The translations under genes and the position numbers were made by a program. Below are positions 1 through 9,068 of a stretch of 64,000 nucleotides of DNA, in pieces. Within the stretch, counting starts at the first letter, position 1. Each line of letters opens with the position of its first letter. The notes beneath the pieces were generated by a model. That model was not told where the DNA came from. It saw only the letters and a list, made by a program, of their open reading frames with translations, and searched no databases. This DNA comes from a virus, in IMG/VR virus record IMGVR_UViG_3300048066_000291, positions 1 to 64,000 of that record; one strand, 5' to 3'.

Positions 1-37
1 ATGTTTAATAACTTCTGGTGGCAATTTTCCTCTTTGT

Positions 38-619
38 TTAGGCACTTTGAGTTGACTTCGCTTTAGACTTCTTCTTTGTCGGTACTAATTCTTCAGCCAT
101 TTCTCTAAGTTGTTTTGCTTCTTTATACAAACGATCAGCGTCTGATCTATACTTAGCCGCTAAGGCAGCATCATCTAATACGTCAGACGAGCTAGTATCG
201 CTAGTTGGTACGTCACTCACTGATGCTAATGTTTCTGGACCTTTCATTGCTAAGTCTGCTACGCTAACACCTTTTTGTTGTGCAATTACTTCATTCAAAT
301 CAGACAACAAAATAGCTGAATTTGAATTAGGAACCATTTCAACATCAGATGTTTTAACTTTAACCATTTTACCTGTTTTATGGAATCTAGCTAACATAGT
401 GCTACCGTCTGATAATTTAGTTCTAGCCATTACTGTAGCAAGATCTTCAGCTTCTTGACCTGCTGGAGATTCTACTAACTTAATTAGCGAGTCGTGATCG
501 GCTGCTTCTAAATTTTCTGTAGTTACGACTACACAATGATCAGCATCATTAGGTAGAGTTTTATATGCAACTACGATTCTTCTTTTATTTTGGACCATTC
601 GTCCTACATGCTTTAACAT
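38..619 (-). CDS. conserved phage hypothetical protein
   Basis: 193 aa ORF with GGAG-type RBS, co-oriented with neighbours; no recognisable motif. Confidence 0.75.
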   Translation of the reverse strand: MLKHVGRMVQNKRRIVVAYKTLPNDADHCVVVTTENLEAADHDSLIKLVESPAGQEAEDLATVMARTKLSDGSTMLARFHKTGKMVKVKTSDVEMVPNSNSAILLSDLNEVIAQQKGVSVADLAMKGPETLASVSDVPTSDTSSSDVLDDAALAAKYRSDADRLYKEAKQLREMAEELVPTKKKSKAKSTQSA

Positions 620-620
620 A

Positions 621-863
621 TTATGCTCCTTGTGGGGGTTGCTGGTTTGCTGTTACAGCACCCAAAAATGCATCTAATTTGTTGTAAGTTTGACCAACTG
701 TCATCATTTCATTTGGCTTAAATGCTCCACGCTGACTTGCAACATCAATGATGCTTTTTAATGCTTGTAAATCAGTAACAGTTAAATCAGGTGCCTGTGC
801 CGCTTCAGCAGTTGCTTGATCTGGTGCTTCTGTTACTTCAGCGGTAGTTTGTTCATCGCTCAT
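621..863 (-). CDS. hypothetical protein
   Basis: 80 aa ORF, AAGGAG RBS, late-type AATAAATA upstream. Confidence 0.75.
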   Translation of the reverse strand: MSDEQTTAEVTEAPDQATAEAAQAPDLTVTDLQALKSIIDVASQRGAFKPNEMMTVGQTYNKLDAFLGAVTANQQPPQGA

Positions 864-896
864 AATAATCTCCTTGTATAGTATATATGCGCATAT

Positions 897-904
897 TATT
901 TATT
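897..904 (-). promoter_or_regulatory. late-type promoter variant AATAAATA
   Basis: Overlaps the stop of the upstream ORF; variant of the recurrent GATAAATA motif. Confidence 0.5.
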
Positions 905-1181
905 TGTACTTCAAATGTGGACACGCTAACATGAAATAACTCATGTCTTTTCCGTCCTCAAAACCTATTGTAAGTACTTGGGTAAGTTTATTATCATCAT
1001 TAAGAATAATGTTTTTACCTACAAAGAATCTATTTTTTAAATGACCTTTAATCCATTTGCAAATAGAATCTTCTAAGTTATAAGATAGTGAAACGTCAAT
1101 ATATTCAAAGCACGTAGGAGGATGTTTTAACCTACGTACATTAAAAACTTCTAACGGATTTACTTTCTTTTCTTTTATCAT
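900..1181 (-). CDS. hypothetical protein
   Basis: Track ORF 900..1217; the ATG at 1181 abuts the upstream stop and is the more likely start (93 aa). Confidence 0.7.
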   Translation of the reverse strand: MIKEKKVNPLEVFNVRRLKHPPTCFEYIDVSLSYNLEDSICKWIKGHLKNRFFVGKNIILNDDNKLTQVLTIGFEDGKDMSYFMLACPHLKYK

Positions 1182-1182
1182 T

Positions 1183-2493
1183 TTATGCCGATAAATCGTA
1201 GTGTGCAGTTTGACCAAATGGCGCTTGAATATTTTTGTCGTGGTTACTGTGAACTACAAAAATTGTATCACAGTAGTCTGGATCGCCCCAGCTATCCCAA
1301 GCATAACCATCAGTAAACATGATAAACTTTTTAGGCTCAATACCGTGTTCTTTCATATAAGACCAATTAGCCATAAAGTCAGTGCCGCCACCGCCTTTTA
1401 CTTCATAGTCTTCGATATTTTCACCATTGTCTGACGTAAAGTCAGCTTCGTTGTATACTTCAGTATCAAAGCACCATACTTTAATTTGGTAGTCTTGAAA
1501 CTCTTCCATAATGCCGTTAACTTCACTTAAAAAGTCTTTAGCTTGTTTGTCTCCAATTGAGCCGCTCATATCAATACTAACACAAATATCAATAGTATCT
1601 TGAAAGCTCATGCCAGGTAGTATTGCACCACTCATTTGTCCTTTACGTGACGGACGAGTAAATGTAAAGTCGCTTTTAATAGTTGATTGTATTTGCTGAC
1701 GAAGCAGTTGACGCCAGTTCATTTTTGGCTCTGTTAGCTCTTTAATAATACGTTGTACACCTGCAGGAGTATTACCAGCACCAGCACTCTGTGCGGCATT
1801 AATCATACTCTCTTTTATCTCGTCACGTATCTTTTTAAGTTCGTCTTTGGAGTATGAAGGACGCTTGTTTTCACCCTTGCCACCTTTTTGACCAGGCTTG
1901 CCGTCATCACTGTCACCTTCGTCACCATCACCTTCCCAGTCAATATGCTCATCAAGTAATTCGCCTAATTGCTCAAGCTGTTCTTGATCGTACTTTTCAA
2001 AAATATCATCGTATACTTCTTCAGATGACCAGCCTTCGTATTTAAAGTCTTGGAAGCAGTCAACTAGTTTTGGTATTTCACCAATACGATCTCTAACTAG
2101 TAAGTTATTAACAATGTAGTCAGCGGCAATATTAAATATCATTGCGTCACGATCTTCACGTCTTAGAAGGTGATCAAAGACACAGTGTAGTATTTCATGT
2201 GCAATAACAAACTCAATTTCTTTGTTTGACATTGCGTTAAAAAATTGTGTATTAAAATAAAGGTTGCGTCCGTCTACTGCGGCTGTTCCTAACCATTCAT
2301 CAGCTTCTACAATACGCAAACGTGTAGCCATATTACCAAAGAATGGATGACGCAATAGCAAGCCAATTCTAGCAACAATAATACGATCAAGTACTTCGAC
2401 ACGCATCTCTTCGAGTGCTTCGGGTGTAATATCTGGGTCGGGTTGCCAGCGTTTTTTGCCTTCTACGCTATATAGTACGTCTTGATTAAACAT
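1183..2493 (-). CDS. DUF2201-type metallopeptidase + VWA domain protein
   Basis: HEILH zincin motif, acidic/Gly linker, C-terminal MIDAS DMSGS, GGGGTDF and FTDG. Confidence 0.85.
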   Translation of the reverse strand: MFNQDVLYSVEGKKRWQPDPDITPEALEEMRVEVLDRIIVARIGLLLRHPFFGNMATRLRIVEADEWLGTAAVDGRNLYFNTQFFNAMSNKEIEFVIAHEILHCVFDHLLRREDRDAMIFNIAADYIVNNLLVRDRIGEIPKLVDCFQDFKYEGWSSEEVYDDIFEKYDQEQLEQLGELLDEHIDWEGDGDEGDSDDGKPGQKGGKGENKRPSYSKDELKKIRDEIKESMINAAQSAGAGNTPAGVQRIIKELTEPKMNWRQLLRQQIQSTIKSDFTFTRPSRKGQMSGAILPGMSFQDTIDICVSIDMSGSIGDKQAKDFLSEVNGIMEEFQDYQIKVWCFDTEVYNEADFTSDNGENIEDYEVKGGGGTDFMANWSYMKEHGIEPKKFIMFTDGYAWDSWGDPDYCDTIFVVHSNHDKNIQAPFGQTAHYDLSA

Positions 2494-2526
2494 TGTGCTA
2501 TGTCCTTTATTTCAGTTTATATGTAT

Positions 2527-2555
2527 ATTATACACGTATTTACAGAACTTGTCAA
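2527..2555 (-). promoter_or_regulatory. sigma70-type early promoter
   Basis: TTGACA-17nt-TATAAT, perfect consensus. Confidence 0.85.
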
Positions 2556-2557
2556 CC

Positions 2558-2595
2558 AAAAAAAAGGAGAACGAGCTCAAAGAACCCGTCCTCCT
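2558..2595 (-). terminator. intrinsic terminator after the MoxR ATPase gene
   Basis: 14-bp stem AGGAGGACGGGTTC/GAGCTCGTTCTCCT (3 G-U pairs), TTT loop, followed by a T run. Confidence 0.85.
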
Positions 2596-2600
2596 AGCCA

Positions 2601-3692
2601 TTAATGGACTGTTTGAGCAGCCTTAATGTACTTTCCAAAACGTTCGTGGAACTCGTCAAAACAAGCCACTTCGTCTGGATCAATGGGTAACTGATACTGT
2701 GTTAGAGCGAGCTTAATGCCCATAACTACTAGCTCAGTTTCAAAGTTATCCATTGCAAATTGCAGGAAGTTATTGACTTTGTCATCAAACTTTTTATCAC
2801 CTTTGTCTGATGCTTCTTTCAATTCATAGCAAAGAGATACAGTTAAGGAATACATAGCACTGATTTCTTTCTGATGCATCTCCTTTACTTTACCTGCAAG
2901 TATGTCAGTAGGGTTAGGCATGCTCGACGCTACCTTGCGGTGAGCCATAAATTTGACAGCCAAACCTTCGCCTACTGCACCAGCTACAAGATCTGTAGTG
3001 GTATTCTCGTCAACACCGTCATCTAACAATTCGGACACAAATGCCCAGCTACGCGGAGTAGCAAAAGAACGACTAGATGATCTAGGATCAAAATCATAAA
3101 GATCCTTTTTGCTGAATGTTATGTAACCTAATACGTCTTGGTGTATCTTGTTATCAGCGGCCCACTGGAACCAATCGTCAAAAGATACAGCAAGTTCTAA
3201 GTGGATAAATCGGTTAGCTAACGGAGCAGGCATACGGTATGTAACACCTTTGTCAGCTTCACGGTTACCTGCCGCAACAATAAGAACATTGTCAGGTAAA
3301 CGATATTTACCTACTTTACGGTTAAGAATTAACTGGTATGCTGCCGCTTGAACACTAGGCGCTGCCGAGTTCATTTCATCTAAGAACAATACGACATAGT
3401 CGAACTGTGATGCAAATTCTTCTGTAGGAAGTTCTTCTGGTGCTCCCCAAACCATTTTATTAATATTACTATCGAAGTACGGAATGCCTTTAATATCTGT
3501 AGGCTCCCATAATGATAAGCGAATATCAATTAAGTGTGAGTTACCTAATCCGTCAGTAATTTGACGAACAATGTCAGACTTACCAATGCCTGGAGGTCCC
3601 CACAAAAAGATTGGACGTTGCTTTTTAAGCGCATGTCTAATTGCGCCTTTTGCGCCATTTGGTGTAACTGTACGAGTTGCTGTTGCTTCCAT
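2601..3692 (-). CDS. MoxR-like AAA+ ATPase
   Basis: Walker A GPPGIGKS, Walker B LFLDEMN, AAGN sensor, LANRF arginine finger; adjacent VWA partner. Confidence 0.88.
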   Translation of the reverse strand: MEATATRTVTPNGAKGAIRHALKKQRPIFLWGPPGIGKSDIVRQITDGLGNSHLIDIRLSLWEPTDIKGIPYFDSNINKMVWGAPEELPTEEFASQFDYVVLFLDEMNSAAPSVQAAAYQLILNRKVGKYRLPDNVLIVAAGNREADKGVTYRMPAPLANRFIHLELAVSFDDWFQWAADNKIHQDVLGYITFSKKDLYDFDPRSSSRSFATPRSWAFVSELLDDGVDENTTTDLVAGAVGEGLAVKFMAHRKVASSMPNPTDILAGKVKEMHQKEISAMYSLTVSLCYELKEASDKGDKKFDDKVNNFLQFAMDNFETELVVMGIKLALTQYQLPIDPDEVACFDEFHERFGKYIKAAQTVH

Positions 3693-3740
3693 GATGTATT
3701 CCTCTTTAAGTTGTCAGTGCTAATTTCTAACTATGTATAT

Positions 3741-3769
3741 AGTATAGCAAAGGATTACTATAAAGTCAA
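3741..3769 (-). promoter_or_regulatory. sigma70-type early promoter
   Basis: TTGACT-17nt-TATACT with extended -10 TG. Confidence 0.75.
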
Positions 3770-3807
3770 CCGTTTTCTAAAAAAAGATATCGTTAATAAT
3801 CAATGAC

Positions 3808-4203
3808 TTAGGAATTTTCTTTGTTTTTCTTTTGACGAGACATTGCTTTTTGTAAGCCATATTTGCGTAAATCACCGGAAAATAACGATAATTCAACAGC
3901 TTTCTTTTGGTCTGTTACAGCAATACTTCTATTTGTGAGATAGTATGGACAATCGATAAATTGATCTAAAAAGATAGCAACTTGCGGAGTCATTGGCATT
4001 TCTTTAGGGTATGGTATATCATATGTTTCTAAATCAATTTCAGTTAATACATCAAACCCTGCTTCAGTAAGACGCAGTCCACCTGCATCTTTTGTTCGTG
4101 TATTTTGCCACCATAACGGCAAATATTCTTTTACATTGATGTCGTTTGAACTCTTACCAAGCTCTCTTAGAAAGACTTTGGTATACGTTTCTTTCCAGTT
4201 CAT
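3808..4203 (-). CDS. hypothetical protein
   Basis: 131 aa ORF with ATGA coupling to the upstream gene. Confidence 0.75.
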   Translation of the reverse strand: MNWKETYTKVFLRELGKSSNDINVKEYLPLWWQNTRTKDAGGLRLTEAGFDVLTEIDLETYDIPYPKEMPMTPQVAIFLDQFIDCPYYLTNRSIAVTDQKKAVELSLFSGDLRKYGLQKAMSRQKKNKENS

Positions 4204-4487
4204 TCGGATACTTCTTCACCTGCAGTGAGTTTAACAACAGCAAATTCGTCACTTTTAAACATTTCATTTAATTTTTTTGCTAGATTGTGAGCATGTCCAG
4301 GATTAGAAAAACTTACTTTCTTATATTTTGGACCCGGGTAGTTAGTAATAGCATTTGCACTTTTTAAATTAAAAGGCTTGTCTTTATAAAATACTGCCCA
4401 AATAGCTTCGGCTTCTAATACTTGTTCACTTTTATAAGTTTTGTTGTTGATATGTTCTAAAAGAACATTTGGCTTGGGGCGACTCAT
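4200..4487 (-). CDS. hypothetical protein
   Basis: 95 aa ORF, AAGGA RBS, late promoter upstream. Confidence 0.75.
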   Translation of the reverse strand: MSRPKPNVLLEHINNKTYKSEQVLEAEAIWAVFYKDKPFNLKSANAITNYPGPKYKKVSFSNPGHAHNLAKKLNEMFKSDEFAVVKLTAGEEVSE

Positions 4488-4516
4488 ATGCGTATCCTTA
4501 TTATTAACTACGCATA

Positions 4517-4524
4517 TATTTATC
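4517..4524 (-). promoter_or_regulatory. T4-late-like promoter GATAAATA
   Basis: Recurrent intergenic octamer just upstream of a gene start. Confidence 0.7.
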
Positions 4525-4551
4525 TCTTTTGTAGGTTAACTACGTATTTTA

Positions 4552-5112
4552 TTATCTTACAAATTTAGCAAACGATGTAGTAATATATTTGGTATCGTTT
4601 GTAGCAGGCATGCCTCTGTGCCTATGCGTCCAATGTGCAGGAAAGAGTATTGTTAAACCTTTTTCAGAAGGAGTAGTTATATCTTGGTTATAAAAATAGG
4701 TTCCACCTTCGTCTTTGATATCGCAAAAGTAAGTCATTAAACTAAGATGCCGAGGCTCAACTTCGGGATCAGTTGATCCATCATTTTCACAATGTGGTCT
4801 TGAAAACGACTGCCCTGGCAAATACTTGTGAAACATAGGTGGAGTCATATGCCACGGTACAAGATCTTCATAACTAAACTTATACTTTTCTTTGTACAGC
4901 TCAATTACTGTAAACATTTGTTTAGAATAAGCCTCTACTAAATTTTGAGGTAATGCATGTATTGGTGTTACACCACAGAATACATACTCGTCATGTATAA
5001 AAAGATCAGGGTTTTTTTCAAAATAATCTACAATTTCATTACATAGATCATTATCTATATACCATCCTGCTATAAAATTATTAAGTTCATTACCTCGCCA
5101 TGGTACTAACAT
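4552..5112 (-). CDS. 2OG-Fe(II) oxygenase (prolyl-hydroxylase-like)
   Basis: HCE...H iron ligands, GGTYF, FPAHWTHRHRG, KY motif. Confidence 0.85.
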   Translation of the reverse strand: MLVPWRGNELNNFIAGWYIDNDLCNEIVDYFEKNPDLFIHDEYVFCGVTPIHALPQNLVEAYSKQMFTVIELYKEKYKFSYEDLVPWHMTPPMFHKYLPGQSFSRPHCENDGSTDPEVEPRHLSLMTYFCDIKDEGGTYFYNQDITTPSEKGLTILFPAHWTHRHRGMPATNDTKYITTSFAKFVR

Positions 5113-5349
5113 TTATTTCCAATCACTTCCGCCGTTTAGTTCTACTGAAATTACTTCTTCGTTATTAACTTTAGATTCAGCAACAAGTTTTTCTAAATCA
5201 CCTTGCAGTCTAGACATAACTATGCCTAATGTAAATGCAAGATTTTTTGCTTGCTCTATATTTATCTTGATTTCTCTTGCCTTGCTTGCATCAGCGTTCT
5301 TAACCTGTGTAAGAAATTGCTGTATTGGCAAAGTATTAATTGGCTGCAC
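5113..5349 (-). CDS. hypothetical protein
   Basis: 78 aa ORF in a tight operon. Confidence 0.7.
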   Translation of the reverse strand: MQPINTLPIQQFLTQVKNADASKAREIKINIEQAKNLAFTLGIVMSRLQGDLEKLVAESKVNNEEVISVELNGGSDWK

Positions 5350-5812
5350 GGCTTAACTCCTGACGCATTTCAATTTCTGTTTTAAACGGACCTTTTGTTT
5401 CATAACGTTCAACAGTAATTAGTTTAGGGCAAAAGCTCTTTACCCAACCTTTGTCAAAGTGTATAATATAGTATCCTGCACAGTATAAACTTTTTGATTT
5501 TGCACTCTTAGTAAAAAGTGGTAATTTACGTTGTACATCATACATTTCATTGTAAGGCTTTACACTTGTAGGATAATTGTGTATTTTATATTCAGCCTTT
5601 GTTTCAACAGGTTCTGCGTCATCTTTATCACTAAAGATAAACTCCATACCAAACTTTTGTTTCATTTGACGTTTATTATCAAAGAAGCAAGTTTCTATAT
5701 TACTTGAAAACAAATAGCGATCATCGTTCCAACTAAGTGTTCCGACTTTCTCGCCATCACTTTCAACAATCCAAAATTTGTCCTTTAATACAGGTTTTGC
5801 TTTTAATGTCAT
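5336..5812 (-). CDS. hypothetical protein
   Basis: 158 aa ORF, ATGA-coupled to the RNase H gene. Confidence 0.75.
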   Translation of the reverse strand: MTLKAKPVLKDKFWIVESDGEKVGTLSWNDDRYLFSSNIETCFFDNKRQMKQKFGMEFIFSDKDDAEPVETKAEYKIHNYPTSVKPYNEMYDVQRKLPLFTKSAKSKSLYCAGYYIIHFDKGWVKSFCPKLITVERYETKGPFKTEIEMRQELSRAAN

Positions 5813-6795
5813 TTAGGGTATCTCGCTTGTAATGGTGTTGCATACTGTGCCGCTTGATCTGCAATACGTTGCATATCCCACTTAGCACAAAACTTCATAA
5901 GACGCATGCCTACTTGTGATATTTCTTTAGGTGTTGCATTCTCGGCAATTGTATTATTAATTATCTCTCTAATGTCTGTAGGTTGTGCAGTTAAATCACA
6001 TAATACTACATTACGATTGTAATCATCAAGTACACGATGCTCGTCACCGTTATGATCTGTCCAACGTTGTAGCATCATATTATTCCAGTTATAGCCTTTA
6101 GTGCCTTTGTCTTCAAATGCTTCAATAAGACCTACTTTGTTCTTAGTGCCTTTCTTACGCACACCTGGATATGCACTAAACACGTTGTCGCTAGTGTCGC
6201 CACGCATACACTTCTCAAACAACATAAATGCAGGATCGGGCGCAGGCTTAGCCTCTTTAGTTTTCTTATCTATAACAGGCTTGCCTTTGTCATCAAAGTA
6301 ACCTTCGTGCGTAATAGTAACATTCTGTATACCATTGTACTGTTTACAGTTAGGAGCAATAAGTTGTGCAAAGTCACCGTCAGTACTAATAATAACATGA
6401 TTGTCATTAGGGTGTGCTTGCACCCAACCTGCAATAAGATCATCTGCTTCTAATTGCGGATGACGCATAACAGTACAATTAGTCTTGTTAGTAACAAAGT
6501 CTTTAAACTCGTCAAAGATTTCCCAAAACAATGTATCTTCTTCTGCTTGTGCAGGAGTTAGTGCATCACGTGCCTCTTGTCTATTGCGCTTGTAAGGTTC
6601 GTAATAATCCTTGCGCCAGCTACGACCTTCTAAACAAAACACAACATGATCTGCATTAAAGTCAGTCCATGCTTTCTTAACACCGTTAAGAGTAATGTGT
6701 AGAGCCATACCTAGTTTAGTATCTAGGTCTCCACGTACAACATGTCGGGCACGGAAGAATGTGTTAGCTGTGTCTACTAGAATGTAAGTTGCCAT
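5809..6795 (-). CDS. rnh: T4-type RNase H / 5'-3' exonuclease (FEN family)
   Basis: ILVD, YKRNR, EADDLIA, STDGDF and GDTSDNV motifs of the 5'-3' exonuclease family. Confidence 0.88.
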   Translation of the reverse strand: MATYILVDTANTFFRARHVVRGDLDTKLGMALHITLNGVKKAWTDFNADHVVFCLEGRSWRKDYYEPYKRNRQEARDALTPAQAEEDTLFWEIFDEFKDFVTNKTNCTVMRHPQLEADDLIAGWVQAHPNDNHVIISTDGDFAQLIAPNCKQYNGIQNVTITHEGYFDDKGKPVIDKKTKEAKPAPDPAFMLFEKCMRGDTSDNVFSAYPGVRKKGTKNKVGLIEAFEDKGTKGYNWNNMMLQRWTDHNGDEHRVLDDYNRNVVLCDLTAQPTDIREIINNTIAENATPKEISQVGMRLMKFCAKWDMQRIADQAAQYATPLQARYPK

Positions 6796-6824
6796 TAGTT
6801 TGCCTTTGTGTAATTTATAGTACT

Positions 6825-6853
6825 ATTATAGCACCAGATCTGGCTTGTGTCAA
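6825..6853 (-). promoter_or_regulatory. sigma70-type early promoter
   Basis: TTGACA-17nt-TATAAT with extended -10 TG. Confidence 0.85.
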
Positions 6854-6856
6854 GCA

Positions 6857-7240
6857 TTATGATACTTCGCTACGTCCTTTTTCAATAGGCGTTACATTAA
6901 TATAACCAGCACCTCTATCAGTGTCTAGTCCTTGTTCTTCTAACATACCGTGTACAATATCTCTAAACCATCTGTCAACAATTTCTTCATCAGGATCATT
7001 ATCTACACCATAACCTGCTTGAATTAATTCTTGAATAAAATATTTGTTCCAATCAAGTTCAAAGAATCCGTTTCGGATATTATCTTTGTTTACTTTCATG
7101 TCAAGTACATTTACCCAAGGTTCTTTGCGCCTTGTGTGATATGCTTTAGGGTCACTCTTTTTAAGAACTTTCAATTCTTTTTCTTCTAGTTCTTTTTCTT
7201 TCTTTGTAATACCTGTTATATCTTTTAAAAACTTTTTCAT
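6857..7240 (-). CDS. hypothetical protein
   Basis: 127 aa ORF, GAGG/AAGGA RBS. Confidence 0.75.
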   Translation of the reverse strand: MKKFLKDITGITKKEKELEEKELKVLKKSDPKAYHTRRKEPWVNVLDMKVNKDNIRNGFFELDWNKYFIQELIQAGYGVDNDPDEEIVDRWFRDIVHGMLEEQGLDTDRGAGYINVTPIEKGRSEVS

Positions 7241-7347
7241 ATTAATCCTTTCCTCCTCATTTCTTCTGGGCTCATAGGTTGTTTAATTGGAGCTTTCATT
7301 GCTTTATCAAGTCTTTCTTGTTGCACTTGATCAAGTGCCCCACGCAT
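7237..7347 (-). CDS. small hypothetical protein (36 aa)
   Basis: Fills the gap between queE and the next gene with ATGA coupling; corresponds to the C-terminal end of track ORF 7237..7749. Confidence 0.45.
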   Translation of the reverse strand: MRGALDQVQQERLDKAMKAPIKQPMSPEEMRRKGLI

Positions 7348-8287
7348 TTCCGAATAAGGATATGTGGAGTCTGGGTGTGAATCGCCACCCTTTTTCCATA
7401 CACGCTTCCGCCACGTCCTTAACGTTGAGGGCGTATTCTTCACTGCGTCCGCCCAACGGCATAAGGTATACCGGACATTGTACTCCGGCACTCTGATACT
7501 CATTAACAGCTTTTTCAACTTCTGCAAAGTCATCTTGAGTAGCGACAACAAACTTGAGATACATGTCACTACCGTTAACACTGTTATACTGACTAGCAAC
7601 AACAGGGAGTATAGCAGTATCCCAAGGTTCTCCGCTAACGCTAAGTTTTGGGGAACAACTCCAAGTAACTTCAAATCTGTCTTGAGATGTGAGATAATCG
7701 TAGAAATCGCTGTGTAAAGGTTGCGTAGTGTTTGTTTCAAATGTAACATTTTTTAAATCCTGCATACGTGGGTGTTCAAATAGCTCAATGTAAAGCCGTT
7801 GCCACGCTAACAACGGTTCACCGCCAGTCATGATTAAATGGACATCCTGTCCATTATCCTGCACCCACTTACCGTTAGGAGTGAGTGAAAGCAAATGTTC
7901 AACTACTTCGTCTACAGTTGCTTGTCTATTAAAGTGTTTAAACTCGGGATAGATACTTGCATATGTATCACATCCTGTGTGTATAATAGGTAAGTCTTCA
8001 AACTTTTCAGTTGTTTCATGTACCTTTGCATCAATCAAATCTTTTACTTCTTGATTGTATCGTTGTCCTTCTGCATGTAACTCTGTGCGATTCTTTTTAG
8101 TATCTACACCAAAGTTCATACAACGGAAGTTGCAACCAAAAGTGCGTAGGAATACACTGGGTACTCCTACAAACTTGCCTTCGCCTTGTACACTATAAAA
8201 TGCTTCTGAATATCTTAGTTTCATAGCTGGCTTTCTGTTAACTGCTTCATAAGAAGGATAACCTTTTTCAAATACTGGCGCTTCCAT
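7331..8287 (-). CDS. queE: 7-carboxy-7-deazaguanine synthase QueE (radical SAM)
   Basis: EAFYSVQGEG, FLRTFGC, GCDT, TGGEP, ETN, SPKL and PRLH motifs; next to folE. Confidence 0.88.
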   Translation of the reverse strand: MEAPVFEKGYPSYEAVNRKPAMKLRYSEAFYSVQGEGKFVGVPSVFLRTFGCNFRCMNFGVDTKKNRTELHAEGQRYNQEVKDLIDAKVHETTEKFEDLPIIHTGCDTYASIYPEFKHFNRQATVDEVVEHLLSLTPNGKWVQDNGQDVHLIMTGGEPLLAWQRLYIELFEHPRMQDLKNVTFETNTTQPLHSDFYDYLTSQDRFEVTWSCSPKLSVSGEPWDTAILPVVASQYNSVNGSDMYLKFVVATQDDFAEVEKAVNEYQSAGVQCPVYLMPLGGRSEEYALNVKDVAEACMEKGWRFTPRLHISLFGNAWGT

Positions 8288-8970
8288 TAGCAGCTAAACT
8301 CCTGTTGTAGTTTAATGTTGTCAAAGAACTCTTTCTTTGTGCCTGCATCATCTTTAAACGCACCACGTAGCACTGTAGTTTGTGTTAAACTACTGTGTGC
8401 CATAATGCCACGGTTCTCACAACAGCCGTGTGTTGCTTGAATATACACACCTAAGTGTTCTGCACCTGTTGCACTTGCAATCTCACGTGCAATATCATTT
8501 GCAAGTTCTTCTTGTAGTGTTCCGCGCCTAGCACACCACTGTGCAATACGTGTGTATTTGCTAAGTCCAATCAGTTTGTCTGCGGCAATAATACCAATGT
8601 ATGCAATACCAGCTACTGGCTGATGGTGATGTGAACACATGCTTTTTAGTTCACTACGTACTACTAGCATACCTTCATAACGATCATCCGAATCATTAGG
8701 AAATGCTGTTGCACTAGGCATAGGATCATAACGACCTGCCATAATCTCATTAAAGTACATTTTTGCAAGACGTTTTGCTGTACCTTTAGAGTTAGGATCT
8801 GTATGTCGATCAATTAATAGTGCATCAAGCACACCTTCAAATGCTGTAGTTGCATCTTCAATAAGTTCTTCCTTATCGCCGTTCTGCAATACTTGTGAAA
8901 TATTGTCGCCGGCCCAATGACGAATGCCTAGATCTTCTAGACGGGCTTTTAATTGTTCTGCTTTGCTCAT
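8287..8970 (-). CDS. folE: GTP cyclohydrolase I
   Basis: SMCSHH, IGLSK, LQEEL and HGCCENRG motifs. Confidence 0.93.
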   Translation of the reverse strand: MSKAEQLKARLEDLGIRHWAGDNISQVLQNGDKEELIEDATTAFEGVLDALLIDRHTDPNSKGTAKRLAKMYFNEIMAGRYDPMPSATAFPNDSDDRYEGMLVVRSELKSMCSHHHQPVAGIAYIGIIAADKLIGLSKYTRIAQWCARRGTLQEELANDIAREIASATGAEHLGVYIQATHGCCENRGIMAHSSLTQTTVLRGAFKDDAGTKKEFFDNIKLQQEFSC

Positions 8971-9025
8971 TTTATTCTCCGATGTTTAGGCAGTGGATTG
9001 CCGATATAATGTATAACATAATCTT

Positions 9026-9054
9026 ATTATACATGTTATTTAGGTTTTTGTCAA
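9026..9054 (-). promoter_or_regulatory. sigma70-type promoter of folE-queE
   Basis: TTGACA-17nt-TATAAT. Confidence 0.85.
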
Positions 9055-9068
9055 GTATAAAAAATATT

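Noticed and set aside
7348-7749. Long alternative-frame ORF overlapping queE
   Set aside because: Nested in a conserved gene with implausible composition; only the last 36 codons are retained as a possible small gene
8971-9025. Known preQ1 or THF-II riboswitch in the folE leader
   Set aside because: Could not match the consensus features by eye; needs an Infernal scan
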